Shown: positions 30,414 through 40,834, counted from the first letter of the stretch. The stretch is DNA of 42,587 nucleotides from an uncultured Alistipes sp. (GCA_964445055.1 CAYUJP010000001.1:1-42587), one strand, 5' to 3'. Made by a program: numbers and translations. The notes: generated by a model not told the origin, from the sequence alone.

Positions 30414-33400
30414 TTAGAAACCAAACTTCAGCGTGAATGTAAATTGGCGAGCCAAGGGCGACGACACACCACCCGACTGATAATATTCAGGATCCTGACC
30501 ATTCAACGACTTGTGTGCATAGACAAGGAATGGATTGGTTACCTGGAATTTGAGTGACAGGTTATCGAACTTCGCCTTGCTAATCCATGACTTCGGGAAT
30601 TCGTAGGTCAACGAAATCTCCTTCATACGAATGAAGTCGGCTTTACCGATACGGGCCGTCGAATAGTTGTAAGCGTTGTAACCGCGCTTGATGTAATTGC
30701 TACCAATCTCTGTATATTGACGCTGGCTTGCCAAAACCGGAACGTCGGTAGTCAGCTCATCGCCTGCATTTACCCAACGATTCTTAAACTCCTTAGCCAT
30801 GGCATAGAAGTCGGTGTAGCTCGACTTGAAGATAGGATTCAGACGAACCACTGCACCAAAGCCGTAAGTCATGAAGACATTCAGACGGAAATTCTTATAT
30901 GTGAATGTATTGCCAAAACCTCCTGTGTAGACGGGATCTGTCGGGCCCTCATACTTGAGCGACTTGAGCACCTCCTCGTCGGTCTCTTGGAAGTTGATGG
31001 AACTATAGTTATCCTTGGTGATGGTCTCTCCGCCAATCTCAAAAATCGGGAAACCCTCCGAGTCCAATCCTTTAAACGGAATCGAGAAGAGCGAATTGGG
31101 AGCATATCCCTCAATACTGTAACCCATACCGTAGATAAGGTCCATCATACGTGCATCGGTCGTCAGTTTCGTAATCTCCTGCTTGCTCCATGAGAAGGTG
31201 AAGTCGGTCGTCCACTTGAAATCTTTCTTCACGATGTTGCGTGTCGAGAGGGTAACCTCCACACCATGCGACTTCATGTTGGCTACGTTGGCATACTTCC
31301 AAACTTCACCACCTGCACCCTGCGTATTCGTACGGCCCAACAGGTCGAAGTTTCTACGCCAATAAGCATCTACATCGAGATTGATGCGGTTGTTAAGCAA
31401 ACCCATCGACAAACCGACGTTCGCCTCGTGCTTCTTCTCGTAGGTCAAATCGCTATTCCCCAACTGGTCGATTGACAAACCTGTCTCCTTGTCATCGGCT
31501 GTCGGACGATAAGATGTGTTATAACTCTTGATAACCGCGGTGGAGTTGGTGATATAGTCGGGACCCGCATCTGCTGTAAGGCTATACGATGCCTTCAAAC
31601 TGAGGTGCGACACGGTCTTCTCAATAGGCTTGAAGAACTCCTCCTCGTGAAGATTCCATGCACCACCGACATTCCATGTCGGCAACCAACGCGACGAACG
31701 CGACTTACCCAAACGGTTGGTACCCTCATAGCGGATTGTTCCGTTGATAGAGTAACGACCTTTGTAGGAGTAGTTTGCCATACCAAAGAAGGCGGCCGAA
31801 CGGCGACGTGTGTTGGAGAGGGTAAAGTAATCGGTGTTATCCTCAGCCGATTTCTTGAAAGCAAGGTAGTTGTAGAAAGCCTGCTCACCCTGATTGTACT
31901 GCAAACCCCAACCGCGGAACCAGTCGTTGGTACGATTTACCGAGGTAACCTCCACACCACCATACAGATTGACGAGATGCACCTCATCAAAGGCCTTGTT
32001 CCACGTAACGGCATTACGTATTGTGTAGCTCGGTGACTTAAACTCGCGCTTCTCATAGATACCGCCATTAGGCAAAATCGAGACAGGCAATGAGTTTAAC
32101 TCATCGGGGTCATCGTAGAGATAGGGGTTATTATCACGAATCACACTATCAGACATCTCGCGATAAGCACGCGCTTGGTTTGAGTCGTCCTTGATGTGAT
32201 GTTGCATCGAGGTAGAGGTATAGCGGAACGAAGCCAACGAATTAAACTCCAAACCGGGAATAATCTTCCAATTCAACTCACCTTGGAAACGGACATCCGT
32301 AGCATCCATCTCGATGTAGTTGTTCTCCAACTCCTCGAATATATTAAACGAAGTATAGTTACGTACATAATCCTCATTGGGGTCCAACGTACGTGAAGCA
32401 TTCATGGCAAAGCTGAAGGGGTTGATATCGAAATCACGTTTCACCTCACCCGACACGGCATCGACATCCTGACTCAATGTACCCGGAGCCTCTTGCTTAC
32501 GGTAGCTGGCGTTTCCCAAGATACTGAAGCTCAGATTATCTAAGATTTTGAACGATGTATTGGCATTGAACGTATAACGATTCACCTTACTCCGCTCATA
32601 CCATCCCGGATCGGTCATCACACTAAGCGACATGTAGGAGGTTGAACGCTCCGTACCACTCGATATGCTCACCGAATGGTTCATCATCACCGAGTTTTTA
32701 AACAACAAGTCAAACCAATCGGTATTGCGATACTCCGCCTCGCGCAAGTAGGCATTTTGTGCCGCTGTGGTATTGGGAAGACCAAACGTACCGTTTGTAC
32801 GGTTGTATTGGTTCATCAGGCTATACATCTTGCCATACACACCATACTCCTTGGCACGCAACGTCTCGGCAAAATTGAAATATCCTTTGTTTGCCAACTC
32901 CTGATATACACTCATCTGGTCTTGCGAGTTCAGAATATTGTACTGATTGTAGCTGGGCTTCATACGTGTAGTGAACTCACCCATATAGTTGATTTTCGCT
33001 GCACCCGGACGGCCCTTCTTGGTGGTGATAACAATCACACCTGCCATCGCCTTGGCACCATAGATAGAGGTTGCCGAACCATCCTTCAGGATATTTATGC
33101 TCTCAATATCGTCGGCATTTAAACCCGCAATTGCCGAACTAATCATCGTCACAGCATCACCCGACGACAACTCATCGGCACCGACCTCAGTCACATCCTC
33201 AATAATCACACCATCGACAACCCACAACGGTTTTGAACTACCCAAAATAGAGGTTGCACCACGGACACGGATTTTAGGTGCTGTACCAAAGGTTGCCGAC
33301 ACATTTTGTACCGACACACCGGCCGAACGTCCCTCCAAAGAGCGGCTCACATCAGCAATACCGCCTAACAGCACATCCTCTGCATCCAAACGGTCGGATG

Positions 33401-33770
33401 CACCCGTAAAGAGTCGTTTGTCGATTTTGGTCATACCCGTCACAACGACCGTCTCCATAGCCTGAGCATCGGGTTCGAGTTTCACCGTCACCTTCGGAGC
33501 AACAGCAACTTCACAGGTCTTATAACCCACATAAGACACCTGAAGTACCCCCCCCTTCTGAGTGGGAACCCCCTTTAGGGTAAACTCACCCCGTGTATCG
33601 GTAGAAGTACCGATGGTAGGGCTATTCTTGACGACGACCGTAGCTCCTATCACAGGGGCTCCTGTTTCATCGACAACAATACCGCGTACCTGCTGTGTTT
33701 GGGCAAACAAACAACCCACAACAGCAAGTAGAGCAGTTAGCGATAGTAGTAATTTTTTCACCATACGCAT
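30414..33770 (-). CDS. SusC/RagA family TonB-dependent outer-membrane transporter
   Basis: N-terminal CarboxypepD-like domain, plug motifs IRVRG..S, PLWVVDG and DIESINILKDGSATSIYGA, and C-terminal Phe. Alternative start at 33764. Confidence 0.96.
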   Translation of the reverse strand: MRMVKKLLLSLTALLAVVGCLFAQTQQVRGIVVDETGAPVIGATVVVKNSPTIGTSTDTRGEFTLKGVPTQKGGVLQVSYVGYKTCEVAVAPKVTVKLEPDAQAMETVVVTGMTKIDKRLFTGASDRLDAEDVLLGGIADVSRSLEGRSAGVSVQNVSATFGTAPKIRVRGATSILGSSKPLWVVDGVIIEDVTEVGADELSSGDAVTMISSAIAGLNADDIESINILKDGSATSIYGAKAMAGVIVITTKKGRPGAAKINYMGEFTTRMKPSYNQYNILNSQDQMSVYQELANKGYFNFAETLRAKEYGVYGKMYSLMNQYNRTNGTFGLPNTTAAQNAYLREAEYRNTDWFDLLFKNSVMMNHSVSISSGTERSTSYMSLSVMTDPGWYERSKVNRYTFNANTSFKILDNLSFSILGNASYRKQEAPGTLSQDVDAVSGEVKRDFDINPFSFAMNASRTLDPNEDYVRNYTSFNIFEELENNYIEMDATDVRFQGELNWKIIPGLEFNSLASFRYTSTSMQHHIKDDSNQARAYREMSDSVIRDNNPYLYDDPDELNSLPVSILPNGGIYEKREFKSPSYTIRNAVTWNKAFDEVHLVNLYGGVEVTSVNRTNDWFRGWGLQYNQGEQAFYNYLAFKKSAEDNTDYFTLSNTRRRSAAFFGMANYSYKGRYSINGTIRYEGTNRLGKSRSSRWLPTWNVGGAWNLHEEEFFKPIEKTVSHLSLKASYSLTADAGPDYITNSTAVIKSYNTSYRPTADDKETGLSIDQLGNSDLTYEKKHEANVGLSMGLLNNRINLDVDAYWRRNFDLLGRTNTQGAGGEVWKYANVANMKSHGVEVTLSTRNIVKKDFKWTTDFTFSWSKQEITKLTTDARMMDLIYGMGYSIEGYAPNSLFSIPFKGLDSEGFPIFEIGGETITKDNYSSINFQETDEEVLKSLKYEGPTDPVYTGGFGNTFTYKNFRLNVFMTYGFGAVVRLNPIFKSSYTDFYAMAKEFKNRWVNAGDELTTDVPVLASQRQYTEIGSNYIKRGYNAYNYSTARIGKADFIRMKEISLTYEFPKSWISKAKFDNLSLKFQVTNPFLVYAHKSLNGQDPEYYQSGGVSSPLARQFTFTLKFGF

Positions 33771-34092
33771 TGCTTTTTTAACAATTCTTGATATGTTTTT
33801 TCGAGGACGAAACTACATAATTAGCTGATATATCGCAAGAAAAAATAATAAAAATTTTTATTATAATTATAATTTCGTTTAAAATTCCCTCCCTATAAAT
33901 AACTATTTAACGGATATCTAGCCTCAGATAGTAAATTATAATATAATATATGCTATATCATTACATATAATCATATTATTATCTATCAATTAGTTATAAA
34001 TATTTTTTAACAAAAATCATCATAACATTCAATTTTGTACCTCTCTCTTCTTTCCGAATATTCTTCATGAAAACATTCGGACAAATTATAAA

Positions 34093-34132
34093 AAAATGTA
34101 TCCGGATGTAAGCAAACATCCGGATACATTTT
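34093..34132 (-). terminator. Intrinsic terminator of the nadA-S46 peptidase unit
   Basis: AAAATGTATCCGGATGT / ACATCCGGATACATTTT form a 17-bp perfect stem. The plus-strand A-run gives a U-tract on the minus strand. Confidence 0.85.
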
Positions 34133-34149
34133 AAACTGAAACAAGTTAC

Positions 34150-36291
34150 CTATTTCAACTCTTTTCCATCCTTTATCAAGGTCATCTCACGCACCAAATG
34201 ACCGGCATCAGCGAATTTATCGATAATAAAGAGTACATAACGTATATCCACCGATATGGTACGTTGTAATGCCGGTTCAAACGCTACATCACCTGACATT
34301 GCCTCCCAATTACCATCGAAAGCCAAGCCTAATAGCTCGCCTCGACCATTCATAATCGGGGAACCGGAATTACCCCCTGTGATATCCAAGTTTGAAAGGA
34401 AACCTACCGGTAATTCACCTTTATCATTCGCATAAGGACCGTAATTCTGCGTTGCGTAGAGTTGCTTCAACTTCTCAGGCACGGTAAATTCGGTAGGATT
34501 CTTGGGATCCTCCTTCTCTATAACACCCTTCAAAGTGGTGTAGTAGTGGTAAGTCACCCCATCGGCAGGGTCATAAGGTAGCACCTGTCCATACGTCAGA
34601 CGTATGGTAAAGTTTGCATCCGATGCCCATGCACGATCAGGATATTGCAACATTAAACCTTTAATGTAGAGACGATGACCATCCGCATAATCTCGCATGG
34701 TACGTCGTAATGGAACCGATAGCTCCTGCATCTTCTTAATAACCGATACGGTTAAACGTGTTGCAGGGTCCTCATCAAAACGACTCTTCGAGAATTTATC
34801 CACAAAAGTTAATGCTTGCTCCTCGTTCGCGAAAATAGACTCATCGTAAAGGTAATCTACGGCCGATTCAAGATTCTCAAAGTGTGATAAAGCTTCATCA
34901 TAGATACTCGGCTTATCTGCTACTTGTTGAGCGACCAAGGCAATCATACGCTGAGCAACACGTCTGTCTGTTGCCGGATTATAATCTTTATAGAAGTTTT
35001 GAAGACGCTCCTTTAACCCTTTCAAGTCATCAATTTTTCCATTATTAGATAACGCCGCACGGATGTAGCGCACGGGAGTCATAATCTCCACCGAGCGAAG
35101 TAGTGCCTCACTGAGATAAAGTTGTACTCCATACGCTTCATTTCCCTTCTCTACAGCGTGCTGAATCAACGACAAGGCTTCGTTATAACGTTCACCATCT
35201 ATCGAGTTTTTATCAGCCCACTGTTGAAAAGCCTGCTCCTGCTCCTGTTTCTTTGCACGAACATCCAGTCGCTCAATACCTCGCGACATTCCGATTGCAT
35301 TCTTCCAGTAGTTGGAAGATTGTGCATATTTCGATGCATACTGAATGCGAACCTTATCGCTTGCCATCATATCCTCCATAAGTATCTTTTGCCGTTCACC
35401 ACGGATAAAGATACGCTCCGGATTGGTAATCTGCAACATACGATCAATCTCATAGGTGGTCATATAACGCTCGGTTGTACCCGGAAAACCCATAATCATG
35501 GCAAAATCTCCCTCTTTGTAACCATCGAGCGATATACGCAGATATTGCTCCGCTTTATAAGGGACATTCTTCTTAGAATAAGAAGCAGGACGATTATTTT
35601 TATCGGCATAGATGCGAAACATCGAAAAATCGCCCGTATGACGTGGCCACATCCAATTGTCCGTATCACCACCAAACTTACCAATCGATGTAGGAGGTGT
35701 ACCTACCAAACGGATGTCTTTATAAACCTCCATCACAAAACAGAAGTAACGGTTACGACCAAAGAAAGGTTTCACAATCACCTCCATATTAGGATAACGA
35801 TTCTCCATCTGCTTCACTACAGAAGCAATCTGTGCATTTTCTATCTGCTCACGCTCCTCGCCCATAGCAATAGATGGAATCGCTCCCAAGACCTCATCTG
35901 TCACCTCTTCAATGTGACGAATAAATCGTACCTCCAAGCCCGGAGCCGGCAACTCTTCATCGCGTGTGCGAGCCCAATAACCATTCATCAAATAGTCATG
36001 CTCTACCGAGGAGAGTGTCTGGATGGAGCTATAACCACAGTGGTGATTGGTTAGTAACAATCCTTCCGATGAAACTACTTCACCCGTGCAACCTCCACCG
36101 AAAATTACAACAGCATCCTTCAAAGAGGATTGATTGGCGGCATAAATATCCTCCGCACGCAATTCGCACCCCTTTGCCTGCATATCCTTAATATTCATCT
36201 TTTGCAGGTAGGGTAACAACCACATACCTTCATCAGCCATAGCTGATAGTGTAAAGAGCGCTGCTACAAGCAGCATCGAAATTTTTTTCAT
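34150..36291 (-). CDS. dpp7: S46 family dipeptidyl-peptidase, DPP7-type
   Basis: ADEGMWL after the signal peptide, TNHHC, DNWMWPRHTGDF and TGGNSGSP. FDGNWEAMSGD has Gly where DPP11 has Arg. Start at MKKISML. Confidence 0.9.
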   Translation of the reverse strand: MKKISMLLVAALFTLSAMADEGMWLLPYLQKMNIKDMQAKGCELRAEDIYAANQSSLKDAVVIFGGGCTGEVVSSEGLLLTNHHCGYSSIQTLSSVEHDYLMNGYWARTRDEELPAPGLEVRFIRHIEEVTDEVLGAIPSIAMGEEREQIENAQIASVVKQMENRYPNMEVIVKPFFGRNRYFCFVMEVYKDIRLVGTPPTSIGKFGGDTDNWMWPRHTGDFSMFRIYADKNNRPASYSKKNVPYKAEQYLRISLDGYKEGDFAMIMGFPGTTERYMTTYEIDRMLQITNPERIFIRGERQKILMEDMMASDKVRIQYASKYAQSSNYWKNAIGMSRGIERLDVRAKKQEQEQAFQQWADKNSIDGERYNEALSLIQHAVEKGNEAYGVQLYLSEALLRSVEIMTPVRYIRAALSNNGKIDDLKGLKERLQNFYKDYNPATDRRVAQRMIALVAQQVADKPSIYDEALSHFENLESAVDYLYDESIFANEEQALTFVDKFSKSRFDEDPATRLTVSVIKKMQELSVPLRRTMRDYADGHRLYIKGLMLQYPDRAWASDANFTIRLTYGQVLPYDPADGVTYHYYTTLKGVIEKEDPKNPTEFTVPEKLKQLYATQNYGPYANDKGELPVGFLSNLDITGGNSGSPIMNGRGELLGLAFDGNWEAMSGDVAFEPALQRTISVDIRYVLFIIDKFADAGHLVREMTLIKDGKELK

Positions 36292-36325
36292 TCTATTTAA
36301 AGTTTGACTTAAATTCACCTCACAC

Positions 36326-37255
36326 TTACTTAATTGCAATCATTCTTTTAATCGAACATTCGGCCGCACTTCGTGTCTGTTCATCAATCACCACCTCCGG
36401 GGACTCTTGTTCCAAACATTGAGCGATACGCTCCAAAGTAACCATCTTCATATAGACGCAATTATTACAACCGCAAGTTTCATCATCCGGAGGAGCGGGA
36501 ATAAACCGCTTGGTGGGATAACGTCGCTGCATCTCCGAAAGAATACCGGCCTCGGTAACAACAATAAACTCTGTAGCATCATTCTCTCCACAATAGTTCA
36601 AGATAGCAGCCGTCGAGCCTACGAAATCCGCCACTTCGGTAATATAAGCCCGACATTCGGGATGAGCCACAATACGAGCCTTGGGATGTTCCTTACGTAG
36701 TGCCAAGAGTTTTTCCAAAGAGAACTCCTCATGCACATGACAAGCTCCATTCCATATCACCATATTTTTGCGTCCTGTCAACTTCTGGATATATCCACCT
36801 AAATTCTTATCAGGACCAAAAACAATCGGCTGATCGGCGGGAATCGACTCCACTACACGTAGCGCATTTGACGAAGTGCAACAAACATCCGTCATAGCTT
36901 TAATATCGACCGAAGTATTCACATAGGAGACAACTGTATGATTGGGATATTGTGACAAGAACTGCTTAAACTCCTTAGGTTGGCAACTATCCGCCAACGA
37001 ACAACTCGCCTCGGGAACAGGAATTAATACCTTCTTATTAGGACAAAGCACCTTCGCGGTCTCCGCCATAAAATGAACCCCGGCAAAGAGTATCGTTGGA
37101 GCATCTACATGCTGCGCTTCGATAGAGAGCGCAAGAGAGTCACCTAAAAAATCGGCGATTGCTTGTACTTCAGGTAGCGTATAGTAATGAGCCAATATTA
37201 CCACATGTTTTTCCCGTTTGAGCCTTTCTATTTTTTGAAGAAGCGATTCAGTCAT
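36326..37255 (-). CDS. nadA: Quinolinate synthase
   Basis: LAHYY, GDSL, GVHFMAETAK, CSLA, YVN, CTSSNA, CHVH, HPEC and C..MK motifs. Confidence 0.96.
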   Translation of the reverse strand: MTESLLQKIERLKREKHVVILAHYYTLPEVQAIADFLGDSLALSIEAQHVDAPTILFAGVHFMAETAKVLCPNKKVLIPVPEASCSLADSCQPKEFKQFLSQYPNHTVVSYVNTSVDIKAMTDVCCTSSNALRVVESIPADQPIVFGPDKNLGGYIQKLTGRKNMVIWNGACHVHEEFSLEKLLALRKEHPKARIVAHPECRAYITEVADFVGSTAAILNYCGENDATEFIVVTEAGILSEMQRRYPTKRFIPAPPDDETCGCNNCVYMKMVTLERIAQCLEQESPEVVIDEQTRSAAECSIKRMIAIK

Positions 37256-37666
37256 AGCTTTCTTTTATTTTATGTTTTATAAATATTAAGGAATAGATAT
37301 AAATAATAATAGCTGTTGATAATGTTGATAAATTTGAGACTTACTACTTGCCGTTAAGTATTGATGATTCTTTGTGGATAATCTCACTTCGCAAACATGC
37401 CTCTATTATCATCTATATAATCTATTTAATTTCCATTTTTAGAGAGTAATCAACACTGTTGATAATTTCTTGTAACATATAAACAATAGTTATCTTTTAA
37501 CAATTAGTCCGGTTTGTATGATTTTTTCCCGGACGAAAAATAATAACAAATAAATCTTGCACTTTTCGAATAGTTTTATAGAAATTATTCCATCGAGTTT
37601 TACAACGTTTTTCAGTTCTTACTTGTTATTATTTATTATAAAGTTTTACACACACTCTTAACATAA
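37256..37666. other. Putative chromosomal replication origin (oriC)
   Basis: AT-rich 411-bp spacer. Perfect DnaA box TGTGGATAA at 37373-37381; TGTTGATAA at 37314-37322, 37323-37331 and 37457-37465; TAATCAACA at 37447-37455. Trio-like repeats abut the tandem boxes, and the plus strand changes from C-rich to G-rich across the spacer. Confidence 0.82.
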
Positions 37667-38707
37667 TCACATGAGCTTATAAACAACCTCTTTTGCGATA
37701 TGTTGGTAGTATGAAGCGACTTGTTTATCGTTGTCTATAGCGGGTTTTCCCTGTTCACATCCATCCATAACAGATTGTATGATAGGTATTTCTCCTAAGA
37801 AGTGAATATGATTCTCATCCGCAAAGATTTTGGCACCACCCTTTCCGAAGAGATAATATCGGTTGTTGGGTAACTCTTTGGGTGTGAACCATGCCATATT
37901 CTCTATAATACCTATAATAGGGACGTTTATTTTATCGGCACGGAACAATTCAACACCTCGACGTACATCAGCAAGGGCTACTTGTTGTGGTGTAGAGATA
38001 ACAATAGCTCCGGAGATAGTTAATTCCGAGATGATTGTAAGATGTACACCTCCTGTACCCGGGGGTAGGTCGATGAGTAGAAAATCAAGGCCTCCCCACA
38101 TGGTTTGATGAATCATCTGTCGTAAAGCATTGGTTGCCATAGCATCCCGCCAAATCAGTGCGTCTGATGGCTTGATAAAGAATCCAATAGACATCAGTTG
38201 AATACCTTGTACCTCGGCAGGTAAAATAGCCTCTACTCCATCTACTATCTCTACATCGGGCTGGTAACCTTCCACTCCAAAAAGCTTAGGTTGTGAAGGA
38301 CCGTAGATATCTGCATCGAGAATGCCTACTCGATAGCCTTGATGATGCAATGTGAGTGCTAAATTGGCAGTGACGGTAGATTTACCCACTCCACCCTTTC
38401 CGGATGAGACGGCAATTATTTTCCCAATACGATTGGTGAATGTATGACGTTCCGGTGTAGGCGTATCGGTTTGCTTAATGGTAACAACGATCTGCTCTTT
38501 GCTTTTTTTAAGTTGCTCACATAGGAGTTGTTCGACTTGTCGTTTGATTTTGTTAGCAAATGGGTCATGAGCTTTTTTGAAATCTAACACGATGATGATG
38601 CTCCCCTCTTTCTCCTCTACAGAAGAGACAAAACCACTGGATACGATATCTTTCTCACTCTCCGGGTGGACGATATTCGCAAGAAGACTTGTTATAGTTT
38701 TTGTCAT
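37667..38707 (-). CDS. mrp: Mrp/NBP35 (ApbC) Fe-S cluster carrier ATPase
   Basis: N-terminal FeS-assembly domain, SGKGGVGKST, DADIYGPS, DLPPGTG, STPQ and ENM motifs. Start at MTKTIT (38707). Confidence 0.93.
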   Translation of the reverse strand: MTKTITSLLANIVHPESEKDIVSSGFVSSVEEKEGSIIIVLDFKKAHDPFANKIKRQVEQLLCEQLKKSKEQIVVTIKQTDTPTPERHTFTNRIGKIIAVSSGKGGVGKSTVTANLALTLHHQGYRVGILDADIYGPSQPKLFGVEGYQPDVEIVDGVEAILPAEVQGIQLMSIGFFIKPSDALIWRDAMATNALRQMIHQTMWGGLDFLLIDLPPGTGGVHLTIISELTISGAIVISTPQQVALADVRRGVELFRADKINVPIIGIIENMAWFTPKELPNNRYYLFGKGGAKIFADENHIHFLGEIPIIQSVMDGCEQGKPAIDNDKQVASYYQHIAKEVVYKLM

Positions 38708-38798
38708 AACGGCAAATATTCTATTGAGTGTTGATGGCACATCGACTATTACCATGAGCGTAATGCAATATGGGTTACGCAGATGTGTAAACACTTCG

Positions 38799-38806
38799 CA
38801 AAGATA
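38799..38806 (-). promoter_or_regulatory. -7 promoter element (TATCTTTG) for mrp
   Basis: TAnnTTTG match on the minus strand in the divergent spacer. Confidence 0.6.
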
Positions 38807-39000
38807 ACGATAAAAATAAAATTCGATACTTATGCCGTAAAACAGATGTATTGTGGTAAGTGTAAATTTATAGGGCATGTGTACAGTGGTTGGTTGAATA
38901 ATATTATACTTACCTGCTACGCGCTTGTTCACGGAAAGGTATATAATAGTATATTCTGTGAAATTTATGTATCATATAGTTAAAGTTTTATATTCTTTTG

Positions 39001-39008
39001 TACCTTTG
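39001..39008 (+). promoter_or_regulatory. -7 promoter element (TACCTTTG) for sppA
   Basis: TAnnTTTG match about 41 nt upstream of the ATG. Confidence 0.7.
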
Positions 39009-39049
39009 CTAAGACAGTTGAGCAATTTTTAATAACAACTATTATAAAT

Positions 39050-40822
39050 ATGAATTTTGTAAAGACTTTTTTAGCGGGAGTGTTAGCTTTTTTGGTGGGA
39101 AGTATCCTCTTGGGAATATTCAGCCTGATGTTGCTGGGTGGTATTGTGAGCCTCTTCTCATCAGAAGAGGTGAGTGTGCCAAATGATTCTATTCTAAAGA
39201 TTGATTTGGCTGAAGATTTTATAGAGGCTCCATCTAACGACCCATTAGCAGGCGTGGATTTTCGTTATATGAATGTCACAAAGCAGATTACACTCTTTAG
39301 TGCCTTGCAAGCCATTGATGCAGCGAAGCAAGACGACCGAATAAAGGGTATTTATATTCGTCCCAACGGAGGCGGAGACATCTCGCTTGCAGAACTGGAG
39401 GAGTTGCGGGTTGCTATTGATGAATTCAAACAAGAGAGCGGCAAGTTTGTGATAGCCTATAATGAGTTGTACACACAAGGTTTGTATTATCTTTCGTCGG
39501 TAGCAGATGCTATCTATCTTCAGCCGCAAGGATTGTTGGATTGGCATGGAATAGCATTCAATACAATGTTTTACAAAGGCCTTTTAGATAAACTACATAT
39601 TCAAGCAGAGGTTTTTAGACCTACAGCATGTAAATACAAGAGTGCTGTAGAGCCTTATATTCTCGACAAAATGTCGGATGCTAATCGGGAACAGATGCAA
39701 CAGTTGGTATCTTCGCTTTGGGGAACGATTACAACAGACATCGCTGCAACGCGTGGTATCACAGTGGATGCATTGAATAGTTATGCCGATGAGTTGTCGG
39801 TGATATTACCGAAAGATGCCTTGGAAAAGGGGTTGATAGATGGATTGAAGTATGAAGATGAAATAAACGACATCTTTGCTGAAAAAAGTGTTCAACAACG
39901 AGATGATGCATATAATTTTATCTCTTTAGCGGAGTATGCGTCCCAATTGACGGAAAAGGGAACATATGATGCCGATCGTATTGCTATAGTTTATGCCGAT
40001 GGCGAAATTGTCGATGGCGAGGGAAGTGATGCGGTTTATGGTAATACCCTGGCAATGCAGTTGAAGAAGATACGCCAGAACAACAAAGTGAAGGCTGTTG
40101 TATTACGTGTAAACTCTCCGGGTGGTAGTGCGTTAGCATCGGATGTAATTTGGCGTGAGGTAGAGTTATTGAAGGCAGAGAAGCCTGTGATTGTGTCGAT
40201 GGGATCGTATGCGGCAAGTGGAGGATACTACATATCTTGTCCGGCAGATGCAATTGTGGCAGATAGAATGACATTAACAGGCTCAATAGGGGTCTTTGGA
40301 ATAAAATTTGATTTAGGTGACGCACTACAAGATAAGTTAGGAATTCAGGTAGATGGAGTGAAGAGCAATCGTTCGGCGGATATGAGCGCATATCGTGTTC
40401 TGACTCCTATAGAGCGTGCGATGATGATACGTCAAGTAGATGCGGTATATGATACCTTTACAAACAACGTAGCTCAAGGACGTAACCTTAAGATAGAGCA
40501 GGTGTTGGATATTGCAGGAGGACGCGTTTGGTCAGGTACGGATGCACTGAACATAGGTTTGGTCGATGCATGTGGAGGTATTCGAAATGCAATAGCTGTA
40601 GCAGCGGATAAAGCAGGACTGGAGGAGTTTCAGATTGAGGAAGTTACAGCAGCACCTGAGGGGCTGGCAGCGCTCTTCTCAGTACTGAATACGCGCATCG
40701 AAACCTATGTAGAACGCACAACTCTGCATGAAATGTATCAGGATTATGCTTATGTGAAGCGTTTTGCACGCCATCATCAAGGAGTACGGGCCGAGTGTCC
40801 TTATCGTTTTGCGGTGGAATAA
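39050..40822 (+). CDS. sppA: Signal peptide peptidase SppA (protease IV, 67K type)
   Basis: N-terminal TM, KYKSAVEP, RVNSPGGSA, AASGGY, TGSIGV and GRVWSG motifs. Confidence 0.96.
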   Translation: MNFVKTFLAGVLAFLVGSILLGIFSLMLLGGIVSLFSSEEVSVPNDSILKIDLAEDFIEAPSNDPLAGVDFRYMNVTKQITLFSALQAIDAAKQDDRIKGIYIRPNGGGDISLAELEELRVAIDEFKQESGKFVIAYNELYTQGLYYLSSVADAIYLQPQGLLDWHGIAFNTMFYKGLLDKLHIQAEVFRPTACKYKSAVEPYILDKMSDANREQMQQLVSSLWGTITTDIAATRGITVDALNSYADELSVILPKDALEKGLIDGLKYEDEINDIFAEKSVQQRDDAYNFISLAEYASQLTEKGTYDADRIAIVYADGEIVDGEGSDAVYGNTLAMQLKKIRQNNKVKAVVLRVNSPGGSALASDVIWREVELLKAEKPVIVSMGSYAASGGYYISCPADAIVADRMTLTGSIGVFGIKFDLGDALQDKLGIQVDGVKSNRSADMSAYRVLTPIERAMMIRQVDAVYDTFTNNVAQGRNLKIEQVLDIAGGRVWSGTDALNIGLVDACGGIRNAIAVAADKAGLEEFQIEEVTAAPEGLAALFSVLNTRIETYVERTTLHEMYQDYAYVKRFARHHQGVRAECPYRFAVE

Positions 40823-40834
40823 AAGAATTTGTAA

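Noticed and set aside
31997-32012. parS-like TGTTCCACGT in susC
   Set aside because: Only the first 10 nt match and the right arm is absent, so it is probably chance.
37256-37400. NAD-related riboswitch upstream of nadA
   Set aside because: The region is very AT-rich with no stable stems, and the repeats are better explained as DnaA boxes.
38708-38932. N-terminal extension of mrp
   Set aside because: It runs through the AT-rich divergent promoter region and past the predicted mrp promoter at 38799-38806.
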